A stretch of 64,000 nt of DNA. Origin: Promethearchaeota archaeon. GTDB taxonomy: Archaea; Asgardarchaeota; Lokiarchaeia; Sigyniarchaeales; SOKP01. Below the pieces are notes generated by a model, which was not told the DNA's origin, did no database searches, and worked only from the letters and a program-made list of their open reading frames with translations. Shown here in pieces: positions 53,737-63,267 of the stretch. Location of the stretch: the NCBI GenBank assembly GCA_019057865.1, contig JAHLWP010000007.1, positions 75,005-139,004 on the forward strand, in the 5' to 3' direction. Each line of letters opens with the position of its first letter. Position 1 is the stretch's first letter. Both the position numbers and the translations under genes were made by a program.

Positions 53737-56250
53737 TTATTTATTCGTCTTGTAATTTGGAAGTATATTCGACCTACGAAGCAGATTAGCATTTGTTACT
53801 ACAGTTACCGAACTTGTAGCCATGGCAACCTCTGCGATTAATGGGTGAGCTAATCCTAACATAGCAGCAGGTAATGCCACTACATTATAAAAGAAGGCCC
53901 AAAACAGATTCTGTTTGATTTTCTTGAAAGTATTTCTAGATAATTTTATTGCTGAAACAACTCCAGATAAATTCCCACTAACTAATGTAATATCGGCGGA
54001 TTCAATTGCAATATCTGTTCCGGTACCAATTGCAATTCCTACATTGGCCGCTGTTAAAGCAGGAGCGTCATTTATTCCATCGCCCACCATAGCTACTAGT
54101 TTTCCATTTTCTTGTAATCTTTGAATCTCATTAACTTTTTCATCAGGTAATACCTCAGCTATAACTTTTGAAATGCCTATTGCTTTTGCTATTGCTTTTG
54201 CAGTGAGTTCATTATCTCCTGTTAACATCACTGTTTCAATTCCCATACCTTCCAACTCCCTAATAACTTCAATAAAATCGTCTTTAATTGTATCTGCTAT
54301 TGCTAAGATTCCAACCATTTTCCCGTCGACAGCTAATAATATAACTGTTTTTGCTTCTTTTTCAAGAGATTCAATATCTCCCTCCATAAAATGATATTCG
54401 ATTTGAAATTCTTGCATTAATTTCCGATTCCCTACAAGGATTAATTTTTCCGGAGTTGTTTTAATCTTTGCTTTTACACCTCTTCCAGTTAGAGATTCAA
54501 ACTCTATTAAATCGTAATATTCAATATTTTTTTCTTTTGCCTTTCTTAAAACTGCATCAGCAAGAGGATGCTCGGAACCTGCTTCTACACTCGCTGCAAA
54601 CTGAAGTACTTCTTCGAATGTAAAACCCTCAGCAAAACGTATATCAGTTACTTCGGGTGATCCTTTAGTAATCGTTCCCGTTTTATCAAAAACAATAGCG
54701 TCAATACTTTTAAGGGTTTGAATTGCCTCACCGTGTCTTATTAAGATTCCATGTTCCGCTCCCATACCACTGCCAACCATGAGTGCGGTAGGTGTTGCTA
54801 GTCCAAGCGCACAGGGGCACGCTATGATAAGCGTTGCGATTAATGCAAGTAATGCTAATGTTATTACTCCAAGATTTGGATCCACCCATGGTATGAATGA
54901 TTGAACCCCATTAATCACTATATCCATAACGTTAGGTAAAAACATCCATAAAAGAAAAGCAGCACTAGCTAATATTAACACTACAGGAACAAAATAATTG
55001 GTGATGGTATCAGCAAACTTTTGTATGGGAATTTTAGAACCTTGGCATTCCTCGACCATTTTAATAACCTGGGACAAAAATGTGTCTTCTCCTACCTTTG
55101 TAGCTTTAATCTTCAACATTCCACGTTGATTGATTGTCGCCCCTATAACTTCATCTCCAACTTTTTTCTTCACAGGCATAGATTCGCCAGTTGCCATAGA
55201 CTCATCAATAGCACTTTGTCCTTCGATAACAATACCATCAGTAGGAATTTTTTCTCCTGGTTTGACAAACATTATATCGTTTTCTTTTAATTGTTCAATA
55301 GGGATTTCTATTTCTTCTCCATCGATTATGATTCTAGCACTCTTTGCTCCAAGTTCTAGCAATTTTCTGATTGCTTGTGATGCTCTTCCTTTTGCTTTAG
55401 TTTCAATATACCTTCCAGTTAAATGAAAGGACATTATCATAGCAGCAACACCAGAATAATTAAAAATCGGACTAAAAAAGGACATTGGACCTGTTATAAA
55501 TGCTGAAATCGTTCCTAAAGCTATTAACACATCCATATTCGCATTACGATGCCTAATGGCTTTAAATGCGGAGTAATAGGTATTGTATCCTGCCCAAAAA
55601 AGTGGAAATATTGATAACAATATGATCCCTAAACTATATAATTCTTCATTAGGCCAATATATTCCCCCAATCATTTCCAACAACATCCAGCCAATAATTG
55701 GTCCAGTAAAGACCCAAGAAAGTTTCATTCGCTTTTTAGCTATCTTAAATTTTTTTTCTTCCGCTTCAACTTCCTTATCATATTTTGATTTAATTGACTC
55801 TTCTTCTTCCTTTCCGAGTGTTGTATAACCAGTATTATTAATTATCCTAGCAATATCATTATATTCTAGTCCATCTACATCGTAAATTACAACTGCTTTT
55901 TCAGTTGCGATATTAACACTTGCATTCAAAATACCATCGCTTTTTTTAAGAGCAGTCTCAACAGTTTGGGCACAAGATGCGCAAGTCATACCTTTGATTT
56001 TAATGGTAATTTTTTTTGAGTTTGTAGTTGCTTCATACCCTGTGTTTTTCACAATTTCTAAGATTTCTGATTTCTTTATCTTATCAGGATAATAAGTAAG
56101 ATATGCTTTTTCAGCAGCTAAATTAACATTTACATCATTTATTCCTTCATGTTTATTTAATGCTTTAGCAATTGTCTGAGCACATGAAGCACAATGCATT
56201 CCTTGAATATTTAGAACAGTTGTTTTTCCTTGTTCAATTTTTTCTATCAT
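53737..56250 (-). CDS. copA: Cu(I)-exporting P1B-1 ATPase with two HMA domains
   Basis: GMHCASC, GMTCASC, TGES, CPC, DKTGT, HP, GDGIND, YN, MATSS. Confidence 0.95.
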   Translation of the reverse strand: MIEKIEQGKTTVLNIQGMHCASCAQTIAKALNKHEGINDVNVNLAAEKAYLTYYPDKIKKSEILEIVKNTGYEATTNSKKITIKIKGMTCASCAQTVETALKKSDGILNASVNIATEKAVVIYDVDGLEYNDIARIINNTGYTTLGKEEEESIKSKYDKEVEAEEKKFKIAKKRMKLSWVFTGPIIGWMLLEMIGGIYWPNEELYSLGIILLSIFPLFWAGYNTYYSAFKAIRHRNANMDVLIALGTISAFITGPMSFFSPIFNYSGVAAMIMSFHLTGRYIETKAKGRASQAIRKLLELGAKSARIIIDGEEIEIPIEQLKENDIMFVKPGEKIPTDGIVIEGQSAIDESMATGESMPVKKKVGDEVIGATINQRGMLKIKATKVGEDTFLSQVIKMVEECQGSKIPIQKFADTITNYFVPVVLILASAAFLLWMFLPNVMDIVINGVQSFIPWVDPNLGVITLALLALIATLIIACPCALGLATPTALMVGSGMGAEHGILIRHGEAIQTLKSIDAIVFDKTGTITKGSPEVTDIRFAEGFTFEEVLQFAASVEAGSEHPLADAVLRKAKEKNIEYYDLIEFESLTGRGVKAKIKTTPEKLILVGNRKLMQEFQIEYHFMEGDIESLEKEAKTVILLAVDGKMVGILAIADTIKDDFIEVIRELEGMGIETVMLTGDNELTAKAIAKAIGISKVIAEVLPDEKVNEIQRLQENGKLVAMVGDGINDAPALTAANVGIAIGTGTDIAIESADITLVSGNLSGVVSAIKLSRNTFKKIKQNLFWAFFYNVVALPAAMLGLAHPLIAEVAMATSSVTVVTNANLLRRSNILPNYKTNK

Positions 56251-56309
56251 ATTTAATTCTCTTCTCCATCAATTATTTCTAGTCAATTTTAAAGAAATGT
56301 TATTTTAAG

Positions 56310-56331
56310 ATATATACGTCAGAGTATATAT
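56310..56331. promoter_or_regulatory. Putative operator, copy 3: perfect 8-bp inverted repeat between copA and its divergent regulator
   Basis: ATATATAC-gtcaga-GTATATAT, overlapping the minus-strand TTTAAATA box. Confidence 0.7.
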
Positions 56332-56441
56332 TTAAATGTTGTTATTATAAAATATATATTTATAAATTATAATCACTATTAATAATACAGTGAATTTCTA
56401 TTATAAACCAAAGAATTTATGAATTTAAGGAGTGTTTTTAA

Positions 56442-56876
56442 TTGAGTGATATTAAAATTCAAAATCTAACAAAATTTTATACCTTAACGTTATTGAAATC
56501 TAAAAAATCAGTTACTGGGTATTATATCATAAAGCGACTCGAATCGGATTTAGGGAAAACGGCAAGTCCAACCTACATATATGATTTCTTGAATAAACTC
56601 CAATCAGAAGGATATATCGAACACACCCCTAATCCAAAATCAAAAAAATCAAAAGGATTTCAATTAACTTCTTCAGGGAAACAATTTATTGATAATATTT
56701 TCAAACGATTTGGCAATTTAATAGAAGCTGCTATAGAATCAAAATTGAAAATATGTGCAAGCTGTGGTGTAAAACTTTATGAAGATTTTCATGTTGAAAC
56801 AATTGGAGGAAAAGAGATGAATTTTTGCTGCAAACATTGCGCAAAAGCATATATAAATTCTCACCATGAAAAATAA
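56442..56876 (+). CDS. PadR-family winged-helix regulator with C-terminal TRASH metal-binding domain
   Basis: TGYYIIKRL...SPTYIYDFLNKLQSEGYI...FQLTSSGK (PadR); CASCG...FCCKHC (TRASH). Confidence 0.85.
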   Translation: MSDIKIQNLTKFYTLTLLKSKKSVTGYYIIKRLESDLGKTASPTYIYDFLNKLQSEGYIEHTPNPKSKKSKGFQLTSSGKQFIDNIFKRFGNLIEAAIESKLKICASCGVKLYEDFHVETIGGKEMNFCCKHCAKAYINSHHEK

Positions 56877-56994
56877 TATCAATTTGCTTATTAAAGGAAA
56901 TCTTAATAATTATAAAAAAAGTGTGTGGAAGTAAAATTATTATTTGCTTATTTCCTTGGAATTTTTGGATTATGTGTTGTTATTGTAATTTTTC

Positions 56995-57492
56995 CTAACG
57001 AATATATAGAGCAGTAAACCAATCCATTTTAATTTCTTCAGCTATTTGTAGAAAACCATTTAATTGGATATTTGGAATTCTATTATTTGCATCACAAAAA
57101 ATAGTAGGTGCTTGGATTATTACTTTCTCTACTAAATCTGGATGTAATAATACAAATTCAAGGGCTAATTCACTTCCAAAAGAAAATCCCAATGGTATAA
57201 TCTTTTTTAATTTTAAATCGTTACATAGGATTTCTAAATCTGAAATAAGTAATGGAATAGAATATGCTTCTTTATCTTCTGGTGCTTCAGATCTTCCACA
57301 TCCTCTTTGTTCATAATAAATAACTGTAGCATATTCTTCCAAGTAGGGACCAATTGTCCTTTCAAATGTGTAATTATGTCCACCAGGACCACCATGAATA
57401 ATAACTAAAGGGACTGTTTCATTTTCTGCTCCTGCAATTTTAACCCAATGTTTTATACTATTAATAGTTAAAAAAAATTCTCCATTTTCCAT
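56995..57492 (-). pseudogene. 3'-truncated proline iminopeptidase-like alpha/beta hydrolase
   Basis: HGGPGG, YEQRGCGRS, GFSFG present; ORF ends at 165 aa before the catalytic Asp/His region. Confidence 0.7.
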
Positions 57493-57507
57493 AGGAAATA
57501 TGTTCTC

Positions 57508-57891
57508 TTATATCTTTTTTTTCTCACGATATTTCTTGATAGCATCCTTCAATCCGTCGGCTGCTAAATTACTGCAATGCAGTTTAATAGGAGGTAAGCC
57601 GTCTAATGAATCCGCTACATTGCCTCGAGTTATTTTTGCAGCTTCCTCAAGGGTCTTACCTTTAGCTAATTCTGTTATCATAGATGATGTTGCAATTGCT
57701 GCTGCACAACCAAATGTTTGGAAAGATATATCATCAATTATTTCAGTGATTCCATCTTCTTTTACCTTTATATAAATATACATTAAGTCACCACACACAG
57801 GGTTTCCAACTTCTCCTACAGCATCAGCATCTTTCATTTCACCCATATTTCGAGGGTTTCTAAAGTGATCCATAACTTTTTCCGAATAAAT
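57508..57891 (-). CDS. iscU: Fe-S cluster scaffold IscU/NifU (first ATG at 57873; conserved YSEKV lies upstream)
   Basis: YSEKVMDHFRNPRN, GNPVCGD, FGCAAAIATSS, LPPIKLHCS. Confidence 0.95.
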   Translation of the reverse strand: MYSEKVMDHFRNPRNMGEMKDADAVGEVGNPVCGDLMYIYIKVKEDGITEIIDDISFQTFGCAAAIATSSMITELAKGKTLEEAAKITRGNVADSLDGLPPIKLHCSNLAADGLKDAIKKYREKKKI

Positions 57892-58004
57892 AGATAATCA
57901 CCTAATAAAAACTGCCACTATATATTAATAAAGCTTCATACTTTAAAGTCTTAATGGTTGTTATCTAATAAGTACAAACAGATAACTTCAGAATATTGAT
58001 AAGT

Positions 58005-60323
58005 TTAACTTTGATTTAAGATTAAGAGTTTTCTCTTAATTGGAATTGAAACTTTTTCTACACCTAAACCTTTTACGTATTCTACTGCTTCCTCTAATCT
58101 TTTAGGACTTTGATGGAAAAAGCAAACTTCCTTTGGCTCAAGACTTTTTATCATTTCAGCCAACTGATTTTTATCAGCATGTAGTTTAATTTTAAGTTGA
58201 GGAGCAAATGTATTGATTAATAATGCACGAAATGGCATTTTCCATGTTTCTAAAAATTCAATTTCTTCACTTCCCAAGATTAAATCAATACCAGGAGGTT
58301 CATGGATTGAACCTGCCAAAAACACAAGATTGTGAGGGTTACGTCCAATAATATTAATAATATTTCTAATAATGCCATATGAAAGATCAGGAGGATGTGA
58401 GATAATTATATTATTTTTCGTTCTTAGAAAATCTAAATTATTATGATCAAACCATCGAAATTTTATGCTATTAAATGGATTTGCTTTATCACGAATTAAT
58501 CTTGAGATAGGTCCATAAATATATTCATATCGATGATTAATAACTTGAATATTTTTCCTTACCATCATGTCTACATAAATATTGGGACGTTTTTTGAAGC
58601 CTCGTCTTAGTTGCAACTTTCTAAAATAGCGCCAAAAGATTAGCATGAATGTTATAGCTAAACTCGAAGGGTCGGCGCCAATAAGCACATTGTCTTCATA
58701 TTCTGCTTTTTGTTCTAAAAATAGAATCAAACTGTGAAATTGATCTGATAAATAACCGAAATCCTCACTTGCACTTGTTCCATCAATTAAAAGATAATCA
58801 ATTGGTCGAGAAATTTGTTCTAAGAACCTCCTAGTTCCTGCAAAAGGGGTAATATCATGATAAGTATAATCTCCAGTATATAATAATCGAAAATTATTAA
58901 TTTTTGCTAATAGCATCAAAGCTCCTGGCATATGTCCAGCATGAAAGAAAGAAAGGTAACAATTTTTCTCTTTAAATTCTATTTTATCGCCATTTTCTAC
59001 ATAAATTACATTTTTTACAGTATTTTTATATTCTTCTTCTTCAATTTCTTCATGAGTCTCTTGCTTTAAAAAGTTAGAATCCCTTAAGAGAAATAGATCT
59101 AATGTAATTCTTGAGCATAATATAGGGATATCTGGATATAATTCAATCAATTTTTTAAGTCCTGAAATATGATCAAAATGACTATGTGAAATGAAAATTG
59201 CATCAATTTTTGGTTTGTATGGTGACAAATTTTGGATTATTTCATGTTCAGATTCAATTTTCTCTTTTTTTTCTTCTTCTAAGATTAATTCTGGAAGGTT
59301 CTCAAGATATTCTTCAATGTGTTTAAAGTCATCTACTTTTTTACTTATATCAATTTTTTCTTCTTCTTCACCTTCTTGAGAAATTGGTTTAGAAATTCCG
59401 CAATCTAATAAAATATTTAGGTTTCCTATCCCTATAATATGGCAATTGTGATTTGGTTTAAGTACTATTGGATAAATAGTTACTCTAGATTTGGCATTAT
59501 TATATTGAGAAATTGATAAACTTTTAAAATAATCTTGGTTATATCTTTTTTCAATTCTATCAATTGCTAGTGAGATTTCACTAGATCCTACAGGAACTCC
59601 TGTTATATAAAAGTACCATCCATATTTCTTAACCAAATTTTCCAAATGTTCATACATCTTATCCCCAATAAGGGATTTTATAACAATGACCTTCTCTCTA
59701 TTGTAATATATAACATTCCTAATCGCCTTCTTTTCTTTTAAAGGTATATCTTCATATTTATGGAAAAAATCTTCTAAAACTTCTTTAATGGGTACTTGTG
59801 GAATATTTTCTGATTTAATTAATTTAATATACTGGAAGTATTCTTTTGTATGATATAATGGACGCATATTTTCTTTTTGTTTAATTGGAAAAACCAGATC
59901 TTTAAACTGAAAATTAATTTTACTTATCGTTATTTCTTTTTTTATCTCTTCCTTTTCTCTCTTTTTTTTGGATTTTTTTTTCTCAATATCAGTTTTAGCT
60001 ATAAAAAAGAACCAACCATAATCTCGAATGAGTTTATCTCTATTCCAAATAATGTCCTTTCCCGATTTTGTAATAATAATTAGTATTTTATCTTTTGGAG
60101 AGTGGATAATTTTCGTAATTGACTTCTTTGACTTTTCAGAAATATATTTGTTTTTCAAAAAAAAATGGTTTAATACTTCAAAAATTGGTTTCTGAGGAAT
60201 TTTTCTGTTTTCCATAAACTTAAGTTTTTGATTATACGACTTAATTTTATAGGAAGAATCAATTTCTTCTTTTTCTAAAACTATAATTTTTTTATCTAAA
60301 AAAGAAAATTCCTCATTATCCAT
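58005..60323 (-). CDS. MBL/beta-CASP ribonuclease (CPSF-like) with duplicated N-terminal domain
   Basis: LLDCG, SHSHFDH, HAGHMPG, YTGD, IDGT, LHAD, FFHQ. Confidence 0.82.
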   Translation of the reverse strand: MDNEEFSFLDKKIIVLEKEEIDSSYKIKSYNQKLKFMENRKIPQKPIFEVLNHFFLKNKYISEKSKKSITKIIHSPKDKILIIITKSGKDIIWNRDKLIRDYGWFFFIAKTDIEKKKSKKKREKEEIKKEITISKINFQFKDLVFPIKQKENMRPLYHTKEYFQYIKLIKSENIPQVPIKEVLEDFFHKYEDIPLKEKKAIRNVIYYNREKVIVIKSLIGDKMYEHLENLVKKYGWYFYITGVPVGSSEISLAIDRIEKRYNQDYFKSLSISQYNNAKSRVTIYPIVLKPNHNCHIIGIGNLNILLDCGISKPISQEGEEEEKIDISKKVDDFKHIEEYLENLPELILEEEKKEKIESEHEIIQNLSPYKPKIDAIFISHSHFDHISGLKKLIELYPDIPILCSRITLDLFLLRDSNFLKQETHEEIEEEEYKNTVKNVIYVENGDKIEFKEKNCYLSFFHAGHMPGALMLLAKINNFRLLYTGDYTYHDITPFAGTRRFLEQISRPIDYLLIDGTSASEDFGYLSDQFHSLILFLEQKAEYEDNVLIGADPSSLAITFMLIFWRYFRKLQLRRGFKKRPNIYVDMMVRKNIQVINHRYEYIYGPISRLIRDKANPFNSIKFRWFDHNNLDFLRTKNNIIISHPPDLSYGIIRNIINIIGRNPHNLVFLAGSIHEPPGIDLILGSEEIEFLETWKMPFRALLINTFAPQLKIKLHADKNQLAEMIKSLEPKEVCFFHQSPKRLEEAVEYVKGLGVEKVSIPIKRKLLILNQS

Positions 60324-60722
60324 TATTTAATCTTATTTAACAATCAAAAAAACAGTTGCGATTTCTAATAATATAGAAATATAATAAAATTCCTAAATTA
60401 TTCCTATTGAATTTTAATTTTTTAATTAAAAGATTTCATTTTATTTTTTTTCTTCTTAAAAGATCCCATGGTGTCTTCTTTCTTGGAGGAAATTCACATT
60501 TTTTTAATTCAAAAGAGATCTATATTATTTTTGTCCCTTAACAATTCCAAGAGAAAACTCTTCCTTATATATTTAACTTTTAGACCTTATTTACAAATCT
60601 AAGAACATAATTTCAAATAGTTTCTATCAACTTTCTATAAGAAAAATAAAAACTATATCATTTAATGAGTGCTTTTATTACCAATAAAGAAGGTACATTT
60701 AATATATAGATACTTTTTGAAT

Positions 60723-61397
60723 CTAAGAAGAAGAATTTTGCATATAAAATTTTATTAATTTGGCAAGATCTATTGGACCATTAATATTTATTAAACTCAC
60801 TAAATTTTTATCTAGAGGTTGAATAGATTTTTCTACAGAAACATAATTAATTTTCCAGTTTTTATCTATAAAGTTGTATAAACCATAATTTTCTGAGTTT
60901 AAAATTTCCCTAGCTTTATAATATCCTTTCTCAACTGGATAAATTGTAAAAAATGGTTCTAAAAAACCATTATTCCATCTTGGTATGCAACAATCATATC
61001 CTTCAGATTCTTTTATCATTAATTCAATTATTTCTGGTTTAATTAAAGGCATATCACATGATAATAAGAATGCTTTTTCAAAATTTAACCTAAATAATTC
61101 CTTTAATCCAGAATATATGCCTAACATTGGTTTAAAGATTTTTAGATGTTTAAAAATTTCACGATCATCTACAATAAAAGTGATTTCTTTAGGGAATTCT
61201 ATTGATTTGCGATAATTAAAAACTTGTTCTTCAGAATGTGCCACTAAAAAGATATCTTGATCAAATTTATTTAAAGTTTCTATTTGATGTAAAATTAACG
61301 ACTTTCCAAAGAATTCTATAGCCGCTTTTTCAGTACCAAAACGAGTACTTTTGCCTCCAATTAAAATAAGAATCGCAAGGTATTTTGGATTTTCCAT
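60723..61397 (-). CDS. mobA: Molybdenum cofactor guanylyltransferase
   Basis: LIGGKSTRFGTEKA, PMLGIYSG, SCDMP, EP..TIY, NIN.P.DL. Confidence 0.88.
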   Translation of the reverse strand: MENPKYLAILILIGGKSTRFGTEKAAIEFFGKSLILHQIETLNKFDQDIFLVAHSEEQVFNYRKSIEFPKEITFIVDDREIFKHLKIFKPMLGIYSGLKELFRLNFEKAFLLSCDMPLIKPEIIELMIKESEGYDCCIPRWNNGFLEPFFTIYPVEKGYYKAREILNSENYGLYNFIDKNWKINYVSVEKSIQPLDKNLVSLININGPIDLAKLIKFYMQNSSS

Positions 61398-61726
61398 TTT
61401 AGACAGTATATTTATTATTATATTTAGAATATGTAATTGATATAGAAATAAATATTTCTAAAAAAACTTCATTTCAAGAGTTATCTTTTTACTGGAAGAT
61501 TTTAAGGAATTTAGATTTCAAAAGACTATTGAAAGTAGGTGCAACATCTGCTATAATTCATATTATTTTGTCAATAGTTATATTAGACAAGATTCAAATT
61601 TAATCCTACTTGGTTTGGAATTATTAATTCTTGGAGTAGTGGAAATTATATAGTAATAGATATTGAACCCCCTAATGAAATTTATCGCTAATAATTTCAG
61701 ATAATAAAATCTAATTTATTAAAAAT

Positions 61727-62959
61727 TTAATAATAATGATCTGTGGCAGTCTCATCAAACATATATTGAACTCCTTTCTTAAGAGGAGATATTTTCCTTA
61801 ACCTTTGTATTATTAAAGGTAATTTCTCTAAAAAATACTTAACTTCTTCCTCTGTAGTAAATCTTCCTATTGAAACTCTTAAAGAACCATGAACCTCTTC
61901 TGGTTTTAAGCCTATAGCTAGTAATACATGGGATGGATCAAGTGATTTTGAGGAACATGCTGAGCCTGTAGACGTACCAATACCCTCCATATCTAAATCT
62001 AAGACAATAGACTCTCCCTCAATATATTTGAATCCCAAATTTACATTATTAGGTAGCCTTTGAGAAGGATGACCATTAAGATAAGTATCATCAATATTTC
62101 CTAACACAGATTTTATGATTTTATCTCGTAACTTAATTTGCCTTTCAGCCTCTTTAGCCATCTCTGCTTTTGCTATTTCTACTGCTTTAGTAAAACCAGC
62201 AATTAATGGCACTGCTACTGTGCTTGGCCGCATGTCTTTTTCATGCCCTCCACCAAACATTAATGGCTGAATATATTTACCCCACCCTTCCTTTTTCCCT
62301 TTATTTCGTATATATAATAATCCAATACCCTTTGGACCATAAACCTTATGAGCAGATGCAGATAACAGATCAATATTCATCTCGTTGACATCTATTGGGA
62401 GTTTACCAAAAGCTTGAACTGCATCAGTATGAAATATAACATTGTGTTTTTTAGCTATTGCTCCGATTTCCTTAATAGGTTCAATTGTGCCTATTTCATT
62501 ATTAGCAAATATTATAGTTATAAGAATTGTTTTATCTTTTATTGTATTTTCCAATTCTTTAAGATCAATTAAACCAAAATTATCAACCGGTAAGAATGTA
62601 ACATCAAATCCTCTCTTCTGCAATTCTTTACATGGATTTTCGACTGCATGGTGCTCTATAGTAGAAGTTATTATATGATTTCCCTTTTCTTGATTTTTTA
62701 AAGCCACACCCATTACTGCAAGGTTGTCAGCTTCTGTGCCTGATGATGTAAAATAAATTTCCTCTGATTTTGCATTAATCAAGGAAGCTATAGTTTTTCG
62801 TGATTTTTCTAGTAATTGACCCGCTTTTTGTCCTATTAAGTGCAGACTAGAAGAATTTCCATAGGTTTCTTTAAAATGTTTACTAACTATTTCAATTACT
62901 TGCGGATCCATTGGAGTTGTGGCGGCATTATCCATATATACATATTTTGAATCATTCAT
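61727..62959 (-). CDS. iscS: Cysteine desulfurase IscS/NifS
   Basis: YMDNAATT, TSSGTEADN, IEHHAV, HTDAVQ, SAHKVYGPKG, STGSACSS. Confidence 0.96.
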   Translation of the reverse strand: MNDSKYVYMDNAATTPMDPQVIEIVSKHFKETYGNSSSLHLIGQKAGQLLEKSRKTIASLINAKSEEIYFTSSGTEADNLAVMGVALKNQEKGNHIITSTIEHHAVENPCKELQKRGFDVTFLPVDNFGLIDLKELENTIKDKTILITIIFANNEIGTIEPIKEIGAIAKKHNVIFHTDAVQAFGKLPIDVNEMNIDLLSASAHKVYGPKGIGLLYIRNKGKKEGWGKYIQPLMFGGGHEKDMRPSTVAVPLIAGFTKAVEIAKAEMAKEAERQIKLRDKIIKSVLGNIDDTYLNGHPSQRLPNNVNLGFKYIEGESIVLDLDMEGIGTSTGSACSSKSLDPSHVLLAIGLKPEEVHGSLRVSIGRFTTEEEVKYFLEKLPLIIQRLRKISPLKKGVQYMFDETATDHYY

Positions 62960-63267
62960 ACTTGATCTAACAGTAAAATTTTAGTATTATTTTTGTTTTT
63001 TATATAATTTTTATTAAATTTAGAATTTAGATTATATTTATAATTATTTCAATTAAATATTTATATACTCTTAGAGTAAAAATATAAAAATAAAAGAACA
63101 CTCTTAAATGAGTTTTTTTTAATTATCTATCTTATTATCACACAATTCTCTATACTTGGCAATTTAAAATATTTATTTCAATCTATTGTAATATTTCGTG
63201 TTGATTTTATAAATAATTTTGAAGATAATAATGCTAACTTTCTAATTTAAAGAGGTTAGATAAATCT

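Noticed and set aside
42530-57510. Integrative element or transposon boundaries for the metal island
   Set aside because: No integrase, transposase, tRNA target, terminal inverted repeats or target duplication recognised by eye
2591-62678. Numerous short track ORFs opposite long genes (e.g. 2591, 4561, 5182, 5737, 9193, 11914, 16194, 25355, 27698, 41666, 47412, 55130, 57500, 62442)
   Set aside because: Fully or largely antisense to well-supported genes and without motifs
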